Below, piece by piece: positions 39,481-49,385 of a stretch of 64,000 nt of DNA. The DNA is from Planctomycetota bacterium (lineage in GTDB: Bacteria; Planctomycetota; UBA1135; UBA2386). The number at the start of each line of letters is the position of its first letter. The first letter of the stretch is position 1. The notes beneath the pieces are model-generated. The model saw nothing but the letters and a program-made list of their open reading frames with translations, was not told where the DNA came from and did no database searches. A program made the position numbers and the translations under genes. The stretch lies in NCBI GenBank assembly GCA_965228735.1, contig OZ245838.1, positions 3,776,001-3,840,000 of the forward strand, written 5' to 3'.

Positions 39481-40902
39481 ATGACGCTCCACCCCGCCGC
39501 GACGCTCCTCGCCGCGACCGTTCTGGCGATCGCCGGCCACGCGCAGTCGCCCGCCATCGCCGGACCACCGGACCCGAAACGCCCGAACTGGGACCAGGGT
39601 TACGAGGTCCCCCGCACCCCGGCCGTGCTCGATTCGCGCGCGCGCGCCGACGTCGTCAACCGCCTGCTGCGCGAACGCCTCGACGACCTGCTGCCGCAGC
39701 TCATGCGCGCGACCGGGCTCGACATGTGGGTCGTGATCAACCGCGAGTACAATGAGGACCCCGTCTACCTGACCCTCGTGCCCGAACCGGTGTTCGCCGC
39801 GCGGCGCACGACGATCCTCGTGTTCTTCGATCGCGGCATCGCCGACGACGGCACCGATCACGGTGTCGAGCGGCTGACCGTGAGCCGCTACGGGCTCGGC
39901 GACGTCTACGAGAGCGCGTGGGACGGCGGCCCCGCCGAAGCCCAGTGGCAGCGACTCGCCGCGATCGTGCGCGAGCGTGACCCGCAACGCATCGGGATCA
40001 ACACGAGCGCGCACTGGGCGTTCGGCGACGGATTGAGCAGCGCGCTGCATCGACTGCTGCGGCAGGCGCTCGGCGATCTCGCGGATCGGTTGACATCGGC
40101 GGAAGCGCTCTGCATCCGCTGGCTCGAGACGCGCACCGCGGCCGAGCTCGAGATCTACCCGCAGGTCGTGCAGCTCGCCCGCAGCGCGATCGCCGAGGCG
40201 TTCTCCAACCGCGTGATCACTCCCGGCGTCACCACGACCGACGACGTCTACTGGTACCTTCGCGAACGCTATCGCGAGCTCGGCCTGCCGATCTGGTTCC
40301 AGCCCTACTGCAACGTCCAACGCTTCGACCCCGACCGCGACCCGAGCGCCGACGCCGACGACCCGTTCCTCGGCGCGCCACACACGGTGATCCGGCGCGG
40401 CGACATCCTGCACACCGACGTCGGCATCCGCTATCTGCGGCTCGCGACGGACACGCAGGAGATGGGCTACGTGCTGCGCGCCGACGAGGCGGACGTGCCG
40501 CAAGGTCTGCAGGACGCGATGCGAGCCGGCAACCGCTGGCAGGACCTGCTGACGAGCTCGTTCGTCGCCGGTCGCACGGGCAACGAGATCCTCGCGGCGA
40601 CGCTGAAGAAGTGCGCGTCCGAGGGCATCCGCGCGAGCATCTACACCCACCCGCTCGGCCACCACGGTCATGGTGCTGGCCCGACGATCGGCATGTGGGA
40701 CAACCAGGGGCCGACCCCGGTGCGCGGCGACTGGCCGCTGCACGCCGACACGTGCTACGCGATCGAGGGCAACATCAAGGTCCGGCTGCCCGAGTGGAAC
40801 GGGCAATGGGTGCAGATCAAACTCGAGCAGGACGCGTGGTTCGACGGCGAGAACGTGACCTTCATCGGCGGCCGCCAGACCCGCTGGCACGTCGTCCGGT
40901 GA
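39481..40902 (+). CDS. Secreted M24 (Xaa-Pro) aminopeptidase
   Basis: Signal peptide and the motifs GDILHTDVG, TDTQ, THPLG.HGHG and AIE. Confidence 0.9.
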   Translation: MTLHPAATLLAATVLAIAGHAQSPAIAGPPDPKRPNWDQGYEVPRTPAVLDSRARADVVNRLLRERLDDLLPQLMRATGLDMWVVINREYNEDPVYLTLVPEPVFAARRTTILVFFDRGIADDGTDHGVERLTVSRYGLGDVYESAWDGGPAEAQWQRLAAIVRERDPQRIGINTSAHWAFGDGLSSALHRLLRQALGDLADRLTSAEALCIRWLETRTAAELEIYPQVVQLARSAIAEAFSNRVITPGVTTTDDVYWYLRERYRELGLPIWFQPYCNVQRFDPDRDPSADADDPFLGAPHTVIRRGDILHTDVGIRYLRLATDTQEMGYVLRADEADVPQGLQDAMRAGNRWQDLLTSSFVAGRTGNEILAATLKKCASEGIRASIYTHPLGHHGHGAGPTIGMWDNQGPTPVRGDWPLHADTCYAIEGNIKVRLPEWNGQWVQIKLEQDAWFDGENVTFIGGRQTRWHVVR

Positions 40903-40921
40903 ACGCACGGGTGCCGGGCAT

Positions 40922-42478
40922 TCACGTCGCGCCCAGCGCTCGCACCGTCGCGAGCGTGTCGGCCTGCGCGGGGTTCTTGTCCTCGCGATAGCCCCGCACC
41001 CGCGCGAATCGAAGCGCGACACCGCCGGGGTACTGCGAACTCGTCTGCACGCCGTCGAGCGCGATCTCGACGACGAGCTCGGGCCGAACGTGGACGACGT
41101 GGCCGTCGCGGCACGTCTCACGCGCCAGCAGTTCGCGGGTCTGCCACGCGAGCAGTTCGTCCGTGAGGCCCTTGAAGGTCTTGCCGAGCATCACGAACCC
41201 CGTCTCGGCGTCGGCCTCGGCATCGGCGCGCGCGCCGAGCCACAGGTTGGACAACGTGCCCTCCCGGCGCCCGGAACCCCACTCGGCGGCGAGCACGACG
41301 AGATCGAGCGTGTGGGCCGGCTTGATCTTGAGCCAGCCCGAACCTCGCCGCCCGGCCTCGTAACGCGTGGCCTCGGCCTTGGCGAGCACCCCCTCGTGCC
41401 CGGCCGCGAGCGCGGCGTCGTAGAACCGTTCGGCAGCCTCGGCGTCGGCCGCCGACACCAGCACCTGCGGCACGAGGTTGCCAGCCGGCACGACCGCGAC
41501 GAGCGCCACGCGCCGCGCGGTCAATTCCCGGTCGAACACGTCGTCCCCGTCCCGGTGCAGACAATCGAAGAAGAACGGCGTCAACGGCAACGTCGCTCGC
41601 ATCGCCGCGACGTCGAGCCGCCGACCGAAGCGCCGCATCGTGACCTGGAACGGCCGCGGCCGACCGTCGTCCGCGAGCGCCAGCACCTCGCCGTCGAGGA
41701 CGAGGCGGTCGGCCGGCAGTTCGCGAGCCAGCTGCACGACCTCGGGCACGGCCCCCGTGACCTCACGCAGATGGCGCGTGAACACCCGCACCCGGTCACC
41801 GGCCTTGTGCACCTGGATGCGCGCACCGTCGAGCTTGTGCTCGAGCGCGACCGGACCGGCGAGCCGCGCGAGCGCATCCGCGACATCGACAGCCGTCTGC
41901 GCGAGCATCGGCTCGAGCGGCCGGAACAGTTCGAGCCGAACCGCGGCGAGCCGCGCCGATCCGGCCCGCGCGAGCTCGGCGACCCGATCCAGCCGTCCCG
42001 TGAGCATCGCCGCGCGGTGGACCGCGGCGACGTCGACCTCGAACGCGCGGGCGATGGCCTCGCGCATCAGCCCCGCGACCGCACCCTGCCGCAACTCGCC
42101 GCCGACGAGTCGCAGCAGGAAGTCCTGCCCCGATTCGGTGGCCGCGGCGAGCAGCGCCGTGAGCTCGGCCTGCTTGCGACCCTTCGAACCGGACCCGGTC
42201 GCGTCGCGCACGCGCTGCAGCGCAGCGTCGACGGCCGCCAACGCGAGCTCGGCCCCATCCGCAGCGCTTGGCTCCGGCGTCGCCAGACTGCGCAGAGCCG
42301 CCGGCCCGACCCCGAGCTTGCCCTGCGGGACCTCACCCGCGAGGTAGGCAACCGCGAGCGCCAATGAGTCATCGGCCGCAGCCGCGCGCAGCAGCGGGAC
42401 GAGGGCCTCGAGCTTCTGGAGCCGCGACCGCGTCGCGCGCACCCGTTCCGCGGCCTCTACGAGAGTCTGGAATTGCAC
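40922..42478 (-). CDS. ATP-dependent DNA ligase (LigB-like)
   Basis: EHKLDGAR (motif I), LDGE, FFDCL, EGVLAK, WLKIK and ALRFAR. GTG start with a GGAGG RBS. Confidence 0.95.
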   Translation of the reverse strand: MQFQTLVEAAERVRATRSRLQKLEALVPLLRAAAADDSLALAVAYLAGEVPQGKLGVGPAALRSLATPEPSAADGAELALAAVDAALQRVRDATGSGSKGRKQAELTALLAAATESGQDFLLRLVGGELRQGAVAGLMREAIARAFEVDVAAVHRAAMLTGRLDRVAELARAGSARLAAVRLELFRPLEPMLAQTAVDVADALARLAGPVALEHKLDGARIQVHKAGDRVRVFTRHLREVTGAVPEVVQLARELPADRLVLDGEVLALADDGRPRPFQVTMRRFGRRLDVAAMRATLPLTPFFFDCLHRDGDDVFDRELTARRVALVAVVPAGNLVPQVLVSAADAEAAERFYDAALAAGHEGVLAKAEATRYEAGRRGSGWLKIKPAHTLDLVVLAAEWGSGRREGTLSNLWLGARADAEADAETGFVMLGKTFKGLTDELLAWQTRELLARETCRDGHVVHVRPELVVEIALDGVQTSSQYPGGVALRFARVRGYREDKNPAQADTLATVRALGAT

Positions 42479-42669
42479 CTGCTGGACCTCCGAGCGAGGC
42501 CAGAGGAGTCGCGCCCGGGCCGTGCACATTCAATGCACCAGCTTCCCCGTGGCCCGAACCGGGGCCGAATCGCGCGCTCACAGTCATCGTTAAGCCTTTG
42601 CCCTAAATCGATATACGGCTTTCTTGCCGCCGCCCGGGCAGACTTCCCTCAAGTCCCCCGCTGGACAGA

Positions 42670-42728
42670 TACGACATGATGTCGTAGAGAAACGACTCGT
42701 TGTCGTAGACCTGCGACACCTTGTCGTA
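42670..42728. promoter_or_regulatory. Three tandem palindromic operators for the BlaI-family repressor
   Basis: TACGACA-tga-TGTCGTA (42670), AACGACT-cgt-TGTCGTA (42691) and TGCGACA-cct-TGTCGTA (42712), with an exact 21-bp period. Confidence 0.8.
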
Positions 42729-42755
42729 GCACCATCCAGCCGCGACGATTCCCCG

Positions 42756-43205
42756 ATGCACTCACCCCTGGCCAACGCCGAACTCGCCGTGATGGAGCTG
42801 CTGTGGCAGCACCCCGCCCTCACGGCCCGCCAGCTTCGCGAGCAGCTCTACCCGGGCTCCGACAAGGCGCAGCACGGCACCGTGCAACGCCTGCTGCAGC
42901 GGCTCGAGGACAAGGGCTTCGTCACGCGGGACCGCACGCTGCCCGTCCACCGCTTCAGCGCGAAGATGTCGCGCGAGGCGTACGCCGGCAGCCAGCTCGA
43001 ATCGCTGACGGACAAGCTCACGGGCGGCTCGCTCGCGCCGGTCATCACGCACCTGCTCGAGGAGAAGCGGATCTCGAGCCGTGAGATCGAACGTCTGCGC
43101 GCGATCCTCGGCGGCGGTTCGGACGAGGATCGTGACGACGGGTCGACCGGCCAGGACGCCGATCCCCGCGATCGGGATCTCCGTGATTCGGGAGGCGAAC
43201 GATGA
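42756..43205 (+). CDS. BlaI/MecI/CopY family repressor
   Basis: AELAVMELLW and TVQRLLQRLEDKGFV motifs. Confidence 0.93.
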   Translation: MHSPLANAELAVMELLWQHPALTARQLREQLYPGSDKAQHGTVQRLLQRLEDKGFVTRDRTLPVHRFSAKMSREAYAGSQLESLTDKLTGGSLAPVITHLLEEKRISSREIERLRAILGGGSDEDRDDGSTGQDADPRDRDLRDSGGER

Positions 43206-46198
43206 TCGCCACGATGACGGACACGGTGCTCGGCTTCGGCGCGAGCAACCTCGCGGTGTCGGCGGCGATCGCAGCGCTCGCATGGTTCTGTCAGCGCGTT
43301 CTGCGCAGCCCCGCGCTCGCCCACGTGCTGTGGATCCTCGTGCTGGCCAAGCTGCTGACGCCGCCGCTCATCGGCGTGCCCGTGCTGCCCCTGGCCGCCG
43401 AGGCCGAGAACGTGGTCGCGATGCCGATCGCCACGCCGGTCGCGCTGGGCGCCGCGAACGATACGAGCTTCGCGGTCGACGCCGTCGCCGGCGAACCGAC
43501 TGACGAGAGCATCGCCGCGACCATCGATTGGGCGAGTGTGATGTGGTGGCTGGCCGCGGTGTGGTTCCTCGGCAGCGCGTTCGTGCTCGTCGCGACGACG
43601 CTGCGCATCCGGCGCTTCGACCGCCTGCTGCGCATCGCCGCGCAACCCGCCGGGCCGGCGATCCAGCAGCGCGCGCGCCGGCTCGCGAGCAGGCTCGGGC
43701 TCGCGCGCACGCCCACGATCCTGCTCACCCCGGCCAACGTCTCACCGATGGTGTGGTGGGTCGGCGGCGCCGTTCGCATCTACCTGCCGGCCGACCTGCC
43801 GTCGCGCATCTCGGGCGGCGACCTGCACTGGGTGCTGGCCCACGAACTCGCCCACGTGCGCCGCCGCGACCACCTCGTGCGCTGGCTCGAGTGGCTCGCG
43901 TGCGTGGCGTTCTGGTGGAACCCGATCGCGTGGTGGGCGCGCCGCAACCTGCGGCAGAACGAAGAGGTCTGCTGCGACGCGCTCGTGCTGCGGACGTTCT
44001 CCCCGACTCCCAAGACCTACGCGAACTCGCTGCTCACCGTGGTGGAGTTCCTGGCCAAGCCGGCTGTCCGCCCACCGGCAATGGCGAGCGAGATCGACAG
44101 CGGCGGCTTCCTCGAACGGAGATTCCGAATGATCGTCGGCAAGACCCCTATCCACTCGACGCCGCGCTGGCTGCAGGTCACCGCGCTGCTGATCACCACC
44201 CTCGCCCTGCCGCTCGGTTTGGCGAGCGCGCAAGAGCCCGACGTGAAGGCCGTCGGCGCCCGCATCAAGCAGGCCGTGAAGGCCGGTGAGCTCACGCCGG
44301 CCCAGGCCCGCACGATGATGCGCGCGCTGCAGGGCGACACGGGCAAGCAGGACCCGAAGAAGGACCCGAAGAAGGGCAAGAAGAAGGCCAAGGACACGGT
44401 CAAGGCCGGCAAGGTGCGCCGCGTTCGGATCGAGGAGCCGGAGGAGATCGAGGAGATCGAGGTCGAAGCCGGCGGCGTGGAGGTCGAGGTCGAGATCGAA
44501 TCGCCGCGCGTCTCGATCGAGATCGAAGTCGGCCCGCCCGAGGTCGAGGTCGAGGAGATCGAAGTCGTCGAGGAGGTCGTCGAAGAACCCGTCTTCGAGC
44601 AACCGCGGCGCGTCCGCGAGCGGCTGCGCAAGGTCGAACGGGACACGGCCGTGCGCGAACGGATGCAGCGGGAACGTGACGTTCGTCGTGACCAGGCCCG
44701 GGCCCGTGCAGCCGAGCGCCGTGACCGGGCTCGCGTCGAGCGCGATACCCGACAAGAAGAGCTGAAGCGCCGAGCCGCAGTTCGCAGAGCGGAATACGAA
44801 GTGCGCAAGAAGCGCGCGACGGAAGCCAAGGAGAAGCTGAAGTGGCGCGCGCCGAGCGACGAGCGCGAAACCGAGGAGCGCAAGAAGCGTGACACCGAAC
44901 GCAAGCGTGGGTCCGAAGCGCGCAAGAAGTGGAACTCGGCTGTCGGCCTCGGCGGCGGCGCGGGCGGCGAAGCACGGCAGCGCGCACGGGACCTCGCCGA
45001 GTTGAAGCGCCGCGCGGCGGTCCGCAAGACGGAGTTCGAAGACCTCGAGAAGCGCGCTGCGCAAACCAAGGAGAAGCTGAAGTGGCGCGCGCGGAGCGAC
45101 CAGCGCGAGGCCGAGGAGCGCACGAAGCGCGACACCGAACGGAAGCGCCGGTCGGAGGCACGCGAACGCTGGAACTCGGCGATCGGCCAGGGCCGCGGCG
45201 AAGGTGGCCAGTCGCGACTGCGCGAGCGCGAGATCGCGGAGATGAAGCGAGCGGCCGCACTCCGGGTGCGCGCTGCGCAGCGCGCGACCGACGCAGCGAA
45301 CGAGCGCGAGATCGCGCGGAAGCAGCTGCAGGAACGCGCGCGCGACCTCGCGGAGAAGGCACGGGACCAGCGCATGCGCGAGGTGCAGGAAGAACTGGAC
45401 CGCGCCCGCGGGCGCCTCACCGAGGTCGAGGCCAAGGCCAAGGCGGAGGCCGAGAAGGCCGAGCAAGGCGCGAAGCGCCGGCCGCGGGGCCGCGTTCGCC
45501 GCAGTTCGGTCCAGAAGCCGAAGGCCGACTACGAAGCCAACTACCGGGATGCCATCCGCGCGACCAACGAGGCCCGCGCCGCGTCACGCATCCGCTCGAT
45601 GAAACAGCAGCTCGTCGAACGCGAGGCGGCGATGGCGGAGCGTCAGGCCGAGCTCACCGACCGGGCGAGCCGAATCGCGGACCTGACCGAGGCGCACAAG
45701 GCGCTGGCCGACGCCGTCAAGGCCGGCAAGATCGACAAGGAAATGGCCGCGGCGCGCTTCCTCACGACGCGCAACAAGCTCGAGGCGGCCCAGGCTCGCA
45801 TCGCCGAGCAGAAAGCGCAGCTCGACGACGTGACCCGGCAACACGCGGAGCTGCGGAAGCGCTACTCGGAGTCCGCGGCGCCGGCGCGCCGGGCCGGTGC
45901 AGACCGGAAGCGGCAGGCCGAGCTGCGGTGGCGCGAGGTCCAGGCCGAGCGTGAGGCCGCCGACAAGAAGCGCGACGCCCAACTGCGCTGGAAGAAGCTC
46001 GACAAGAAGCAGATCGAAGCGCAGGTCGAGGCGGTCCGGCGGCAGTATCAGGAGAACCGGAGCCGGACAGCCGAGCTCGAAGCCGGCCTGATGCGCCAGA
46101 AGGAGCTCGAAGCCGCGCGAATCAACGCCGAGAACAAGGCGAAGAAGGCCGCCGAGCTGCGCGGCAAGCGGCGCTCGAAGAAGAGCGCGGTGCGCTGA
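43202..46198 (+). CDS. M56 (BlaR1-like) metallopeptidase with long charged coiled-coil tail
   Basis: TM helices, HELAHVRRRD, WWNP and EVCCD, followed by about 650 aa of E/R/K-rich sequence. Confidence 0.92.
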   Translation: MIATMTDTVLGFGASNLAVSAAIAALAWFCQRVLRSPALAHVLWILVLAKLLTPPLIGVPVLPLAAEAENVVAMPIATPVALGAANDTSFAVDAVAGEPTDESIAATIDWASVMWWLAAVWFLGSAFVLVATTLRIRRFDRLLRIAAQPAGPAIQQRARRLASRLGLARTPTILLTPANVSPMVWWVGGAVRIYLPADLPSRISGGDLHWVLAHELAHVRRRDHLVRWLEWLACVAFWWNPIAWWARRNLRQNEEVCCDALVLRTFSPTPKTYANSLLTVVEFLAKPAVRPPAMASEIDSGGFLERRFRMIVGKTPIHSTPRWLQVTALLITTLALPLGLASAQEPDVKAVGARIKQAVKAGELTPAQARTMMRALQGDTGKQDPKKDPKKGKKKAKDTVKAGKVRRVRIEEPEEIEEIEVEAGGVEVEVEIESPRVSIEIEVGPPEVEVEEIEVVEEVVEEPVFEQPRRVRERLRKVERDTAVRERMQRERDVRRDQARARAAERRDRARVERDTRQEELKRRAAVRRAEYEVRKKRATEAKEKLKWRAPSDERETEERKKRDTERKRGSEARKKWNSAVGLGGGAGGEARQRARDLAELKRRAAVRKTEFEDLEKRAAQTKEKLKWRARSDQREAEERTKRDTERKRRSEARERWNSAIGQGRGEGGQSRLREREIAEMKRAAALRVRAAQRATDAANEREIARKQLQERARDLAEKARDQRMREVQEELDRARGRLTEVEAKAKAEAEKAEQGAKRRPRGRVRRSSVQKPKADYEANYRDAIRATNEARAASRIRSMKQQLVEREAAMAERQAELTDRASRIADLTEAHKALADAVKAGKIDKEMAAARFLTTRNKLEAAQARIAEQKAQLDDVTRQHAELRKRYSESAAPARRAGADRKRQAELRWREVQAEREAADKKRDAQLRWKKLDKKQIEAQVEAVRRQYQENRSRTAELEAGLMRQKELEAARINAENKAKKAAELRGKRRSKKSAVR
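44759..45265 (+). repeat. 240-bp (80-aa) intragenic tandem repeat, about 2.1 copies
   Basis: ELKRRAAVR...KEKLKWRA...KRDTERKR.SEAR..WNSA.G.G.G.GG units begin near 44759, 44999 and 45239. Confidence 0.85.
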
Positions 46199-46208
46199 GA
46201 TGGGGGCT

Positions 46209-46235
46209 GGGAACCGCCGTGTTTCGGCGGTTCCC
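46209..46235. terminator. Terminator-like hairpin between convergent genes
   Basis: GGGAACCGCCG-tgttt-CGGCGGTTCCC, 10 bp after the M56 stop. No U-tract. Confidence 0.55.
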
Positions 46236-46418
46236 GGCGGCGAGATGGATCCGCGGCTGCAGCCGCCGAGGACCGGATCTGCCGCGCGCGCTTCGCGAAG
46301 GCGCTCGAACTCCGCGCCGCTCCAGCCACGGATCTCGACGCCCTGCTCGAGCTGGTCGAGAGCAGCGAGACCGACCACGACCGCTGACCGCTGACCGCAC
46401 AGCGGGCCATACGGCGCA

Positions 46419-47792
46419 CTACTGGTGGATGGCGCCCTCGACCATCCGATTCGGGCGGCCGTCCTCCTTGTGCAGCGTGAAGCGATCGAACAGATCACCC
46501 ACCGCCGTGTAGGCCGAGAACCGCAGCGTGTCGCCGTCGATCGTGATGACCTGGTAGAGCTGCGTGTTCTGCGCCGTGCGCTCCATCACCGGCTTCTTGT
46601 CGACGGTGTACATCTTGGGACCGCTGACCGAGACGACGTAGACCGTGCCGGTCTCGTCGCTGCGCGCGCGCACGCCGACGGGCACGTTCTCCGGCTCGAC
46701 GTGTTCGTGCTCCGCTTCGCCCGCGTGACTGTGCCGCACGCGCGTCGTGCGGCCGTACGTGTGATCGTGACCCTGCAGCACGATGTCGACCGCGTGCTTG
46801 TCGATCACGGGCTGCAGGTACTTGCGCAGATCGGGATTGTCGCGCCTCTTGGCCGCCGAGTACATCGGGTAGTGCGTCGTGATGATCGTCCAACGGGGTC
46901 GATCCGGCTGTGACAACACCTCGTCGAGCCAGCGAGCCTGCGGCTCGAGCTCCTCGTCGTCGGGCTCGGTGTCGAGCGAGATGATGCGCGCGCCCTGGTA
47001 GTCGATGTAGTAGACGGTCTCCGCCCACTCGTCGTGACCGGCCGGGCCGTTGAGCGGGAACTCGAACGTCGGCCGCCAGTTTCGCGACAGCTTGCCGCGG
47101 CTGTACTCGTGATTGCCCGGCGTCGCGATCGACGGGATCGTGCGGAAGATCCAGCCCCCGCTGTAGAACCACTCGCCCCACTCGTGGTCGGCGTTGGCGC
47201 GGTTGATGAGATCGCCCGCGTGCAGCAGGAAGCTCGCGCGCGGCGCCTCCTTGAACGCTTCGCGCACGACGCGGGACCAGTGCGATTTCACGTCGTTCTG
47301 GGCGTCGCCGAAGTAGACGAACGAGAACGGGGCCGGCTCGGCCGTCGCCGTGGTGAAGTGACTCCACTCGCTCCAGACCTCGTCGTCGCCCACCCGGTAG
47401 GCGTACTTCGTGCCGGGCTCGAGATCGCGGATCGTCGCCGTGTGATACAGCGCCTCACCGAGATCGGTTGCGAGCGACTGACTCGTGGCCATGACGTCCC
47501 GCGGATTTTTCGCGAACTCGGGGCCCTTGGTTGCGACCGCATACTCGACGACCGGTTCCTCGGCGGTCGCGTCGGTGCGCCACGTCACCGTCTGGGTCGT
47601 GCTCGGATCGGCGGCCCAGGTCAGCATGATGCGATCCGGGGTCCGGGTCGGCGCGAAGTCGACGCGCCGGGCCAGCTCGGATGCCGCGGTCTCTTTCGGC
47701 GGCGACCAGCCCGGCTCGGTCGGGGCGATGCCACAGCCGGCAAACGCGACGAGAGGCCCGGCGACGATGACAAGATGGACGTTGGCTCGCAT
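46419..47792 (-). CDS. Purple-acid-phosphatase-like metallophosphoesterase lipoprotein (FN3 plus catalytic domain)
   Basis: Lipobox FAGC and the motifs GDAQ, HAGDL, GNHEY, HYP and GHDH.Y.R. Confidence 0.92.
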   Translation of the reverse strand: MRANVHLVIVAGPLVAFAGCGIAPTEPGWSPPKETAASELARRVDFAPTRTPDRIMLTWAADPSTTQTVTWRTDATAEEPVVEYAVATKGPEFAKNPRDVMATSQSLATDLGEALYHTATIRDLEPGTKYAYRVGDDEVWSEWSHFTTATAEPAPFSFVYFGDAQNDVKSHWSRVVREAFKEAPRASFLLHAGDLINRANADHEWGEWFYSGGWIFRTIPSIATPGNHEYSRGKLSRNWRPTFEFPLNGPAGHDEWAETVYYIDYQGARIISLDTEPDDEELEPQARWLDEVLSQPDRPRWTIITTHYPMYSAAKRRDNPDLRKYLQPVIDKHAVDIVLQGHDHTYGRTTRVRHSHAGEAEHEHVEPENVPVGVRARSDETGTVYVVSVSGPKMYTVDKKPVMERTAQNTQLYQVITIDGDTLRFSAYTAVGDLFDRFTLHKEDGRPNRMVEGAIHQ

Positions 47793-47855
47793 TCCTCGGA
47801 CGGTAGCGGCAACGCCCGCCGCGAACAGTGAAGGTTGCGTTCCCGATCCCGATCG

Positions 47856-48401
47856 TCATCCGCCCAACCACCGCGCGAACACCCGCGTGAGGAACGGCGA
47901 CACGACCCAGGTCATGAGCGCGACCCCGCAGAGCAGCGACACGAACTGCGAGAGCGCAGCAGGCCAGCTCACGAGCAGCGGACCGAGCAGCGCCTGCAGC
48001 AACAGGACGGTGGGATACAACCCGAGCATCACGAGCACCGCGGTCTTGTAGCGCGGCGGTGGCGCGCTGCCGTGATGCGGCAGCGTGAACCACCGCTCCA
48101 TCCCGGCGAGCGATTGGATCTCCTCGTGCTCGATCGCGATCGGCGCGAGTTTCGCGAGCCAGGCAGCGCGTTCCTCGGAATCGAGCCACTCGCGCATGTG
48201 CGCATCCGAGTCGAAGTGCGTGATCGCGACGTAGTCGGCGCGCGCATCGGATGGTCGCAGGATCGTCGTGCCGAGGTTGCCGCGATACTGCGCGGCCGCG
48301 TGGTTGATGCCCGCGAGCCACTCCTCGTAGGCCGCCTCGCTGCCGGCGCGGACCCGCCGCGCGAAGATCGTGGCCACGGGGCAGGGTTCACGCGCGCTCA
48401 T
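47856..48401 (-). CDS. ABM-domain protein with C-terminal TM helices
   Basis: RRVRAG.E..YE.W, WLDS.ER, G.E.WF and PPRYK, followed by two TM helices. Confidence 0.85.
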   Translation of the reverse strand: MSAREPCPVATIFARRVRAGSEAAYEEWLAGINHAAAQYRGNLGTTILRPSDARADYVAITHFDSDAHMREWLDSEERAAWLAKLAPIAIEHEEIQSLAGMERWFTLPHHGSAPPPRYKTAVLVMLGLYPTVLLLQALLGPLLVSWPAALSQFVSLLCGVALMTWVVSPFLTRVFARWLGG

Positions 48402-48485
48402 CGTCACCGGTTTGTATCGCCTCGTTCGCCGGAACCCAGCCGACCGACCGCGACGATTCCCCCGACCCGAACTAAGCTCGCGCGC

Positions 48486-49385
48486 GTGACTACCCGGATC
48501 ATCCAGGCCCGAACGCGCGAGGTCGGCGGCATGCAGGTGCTGCGACCGTTGCCGACGCGCGAACAACGCTCGATCGGGCCGTTCGTGTTCCTCGACGAGC
48601 TCGGCCCGCTCGTTCTCCCGGCCGGCCAGGGCCTCGACGTGCCGCCGCATCCGCACATCGGTCTGTCGACGCTCACGTATCGACTGACGGGTGAGCTGCT
48701 GCACCGCGACTCGCTCGGCTGCACTCAGGAGATCCGACCAGGCGCCGTCAACTGGATGACGGCGGGCCGCGGGGTGACGCATTCCGAACGTTCGACCGCG
48801 ATCGAACGCGACCCCGACTTCGAGGTTCACGGCGTGCAGCTCTGGGTCGCGCTGCCGCCCGAGCAGGAGGAGGTCGAACCGAGCTTCGAGCATCACCCCG
48901 AGGACTCGCTCCCGCGGCTGCGTGAGGGCAACGTCGACGTGCACGTCATCGCGGGCAGCGCGCTCGGCGCGACCTCGCCCGTGACGGTCCATTCGCCGCT
49001 GTTCTGCCTGGCCGCGACCTGGAAGGGTGACGGCGAGCTCACGCTCGATCCGGCGCTCGGCGAACGCGCCGCCTACCCGCTCGTCGGCGAGCTCACGCTG
49101 CCGGCTGACCGCGAGCACGATGCAACGGAGCGCGGCAAGCTCGGGCGTGGTCAACTCGCGATCTTCGCGGCCGGCGAGCCTGCAACCATCCGGGCGAACG
49201 CCGGCACGCGCGCATTGCTCTTCGGCGGCCCGGCCCGCACGGCACCACTCCACATGCACTGGAACTACGTCTCTTCCGACAGTGAGCGCCTCCTCGCGGC
49301 ACGGCGCCGGTGGGCCGACGGCGAGTTCCCGCCCGTCGTCGGCGACGACGACGCCCCCGTTCCCGATCCTGCAGGACGACCATGA
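48486..49385 (+). CDS. Pirin family protein
   Basis: GPFVFLD, PHPHIGL, HRDSLG, MTAGRGV.HSE and QLWVALP motifs. Confidence 0.93.
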   Translation: MTTRIIQARTREVGGMQVLRPLPTREQRSIGPFVFLDELGPLVLPAGQGLDVPPHPHIGLSTLTYRLTGELLHRDSLGCTQEIRPGAVNWMTAGRGVTHSERSTAIERDPDFEVHGVQLWVALPPEQEEVEPSFEHHPEDSLPRLREGNVDVHVIAGSALGATSPVTVHSPLFCLAATWKGDGELTLDPALGERAAYPLVGELTLPADREHDATERGKLGRGQLAIFAAGEPATIRANAGTRALLFGGPARTAPLHMHWNYVSSDSERLLAARRRWADGEFPPVVGDDDAPVPDPAGRP

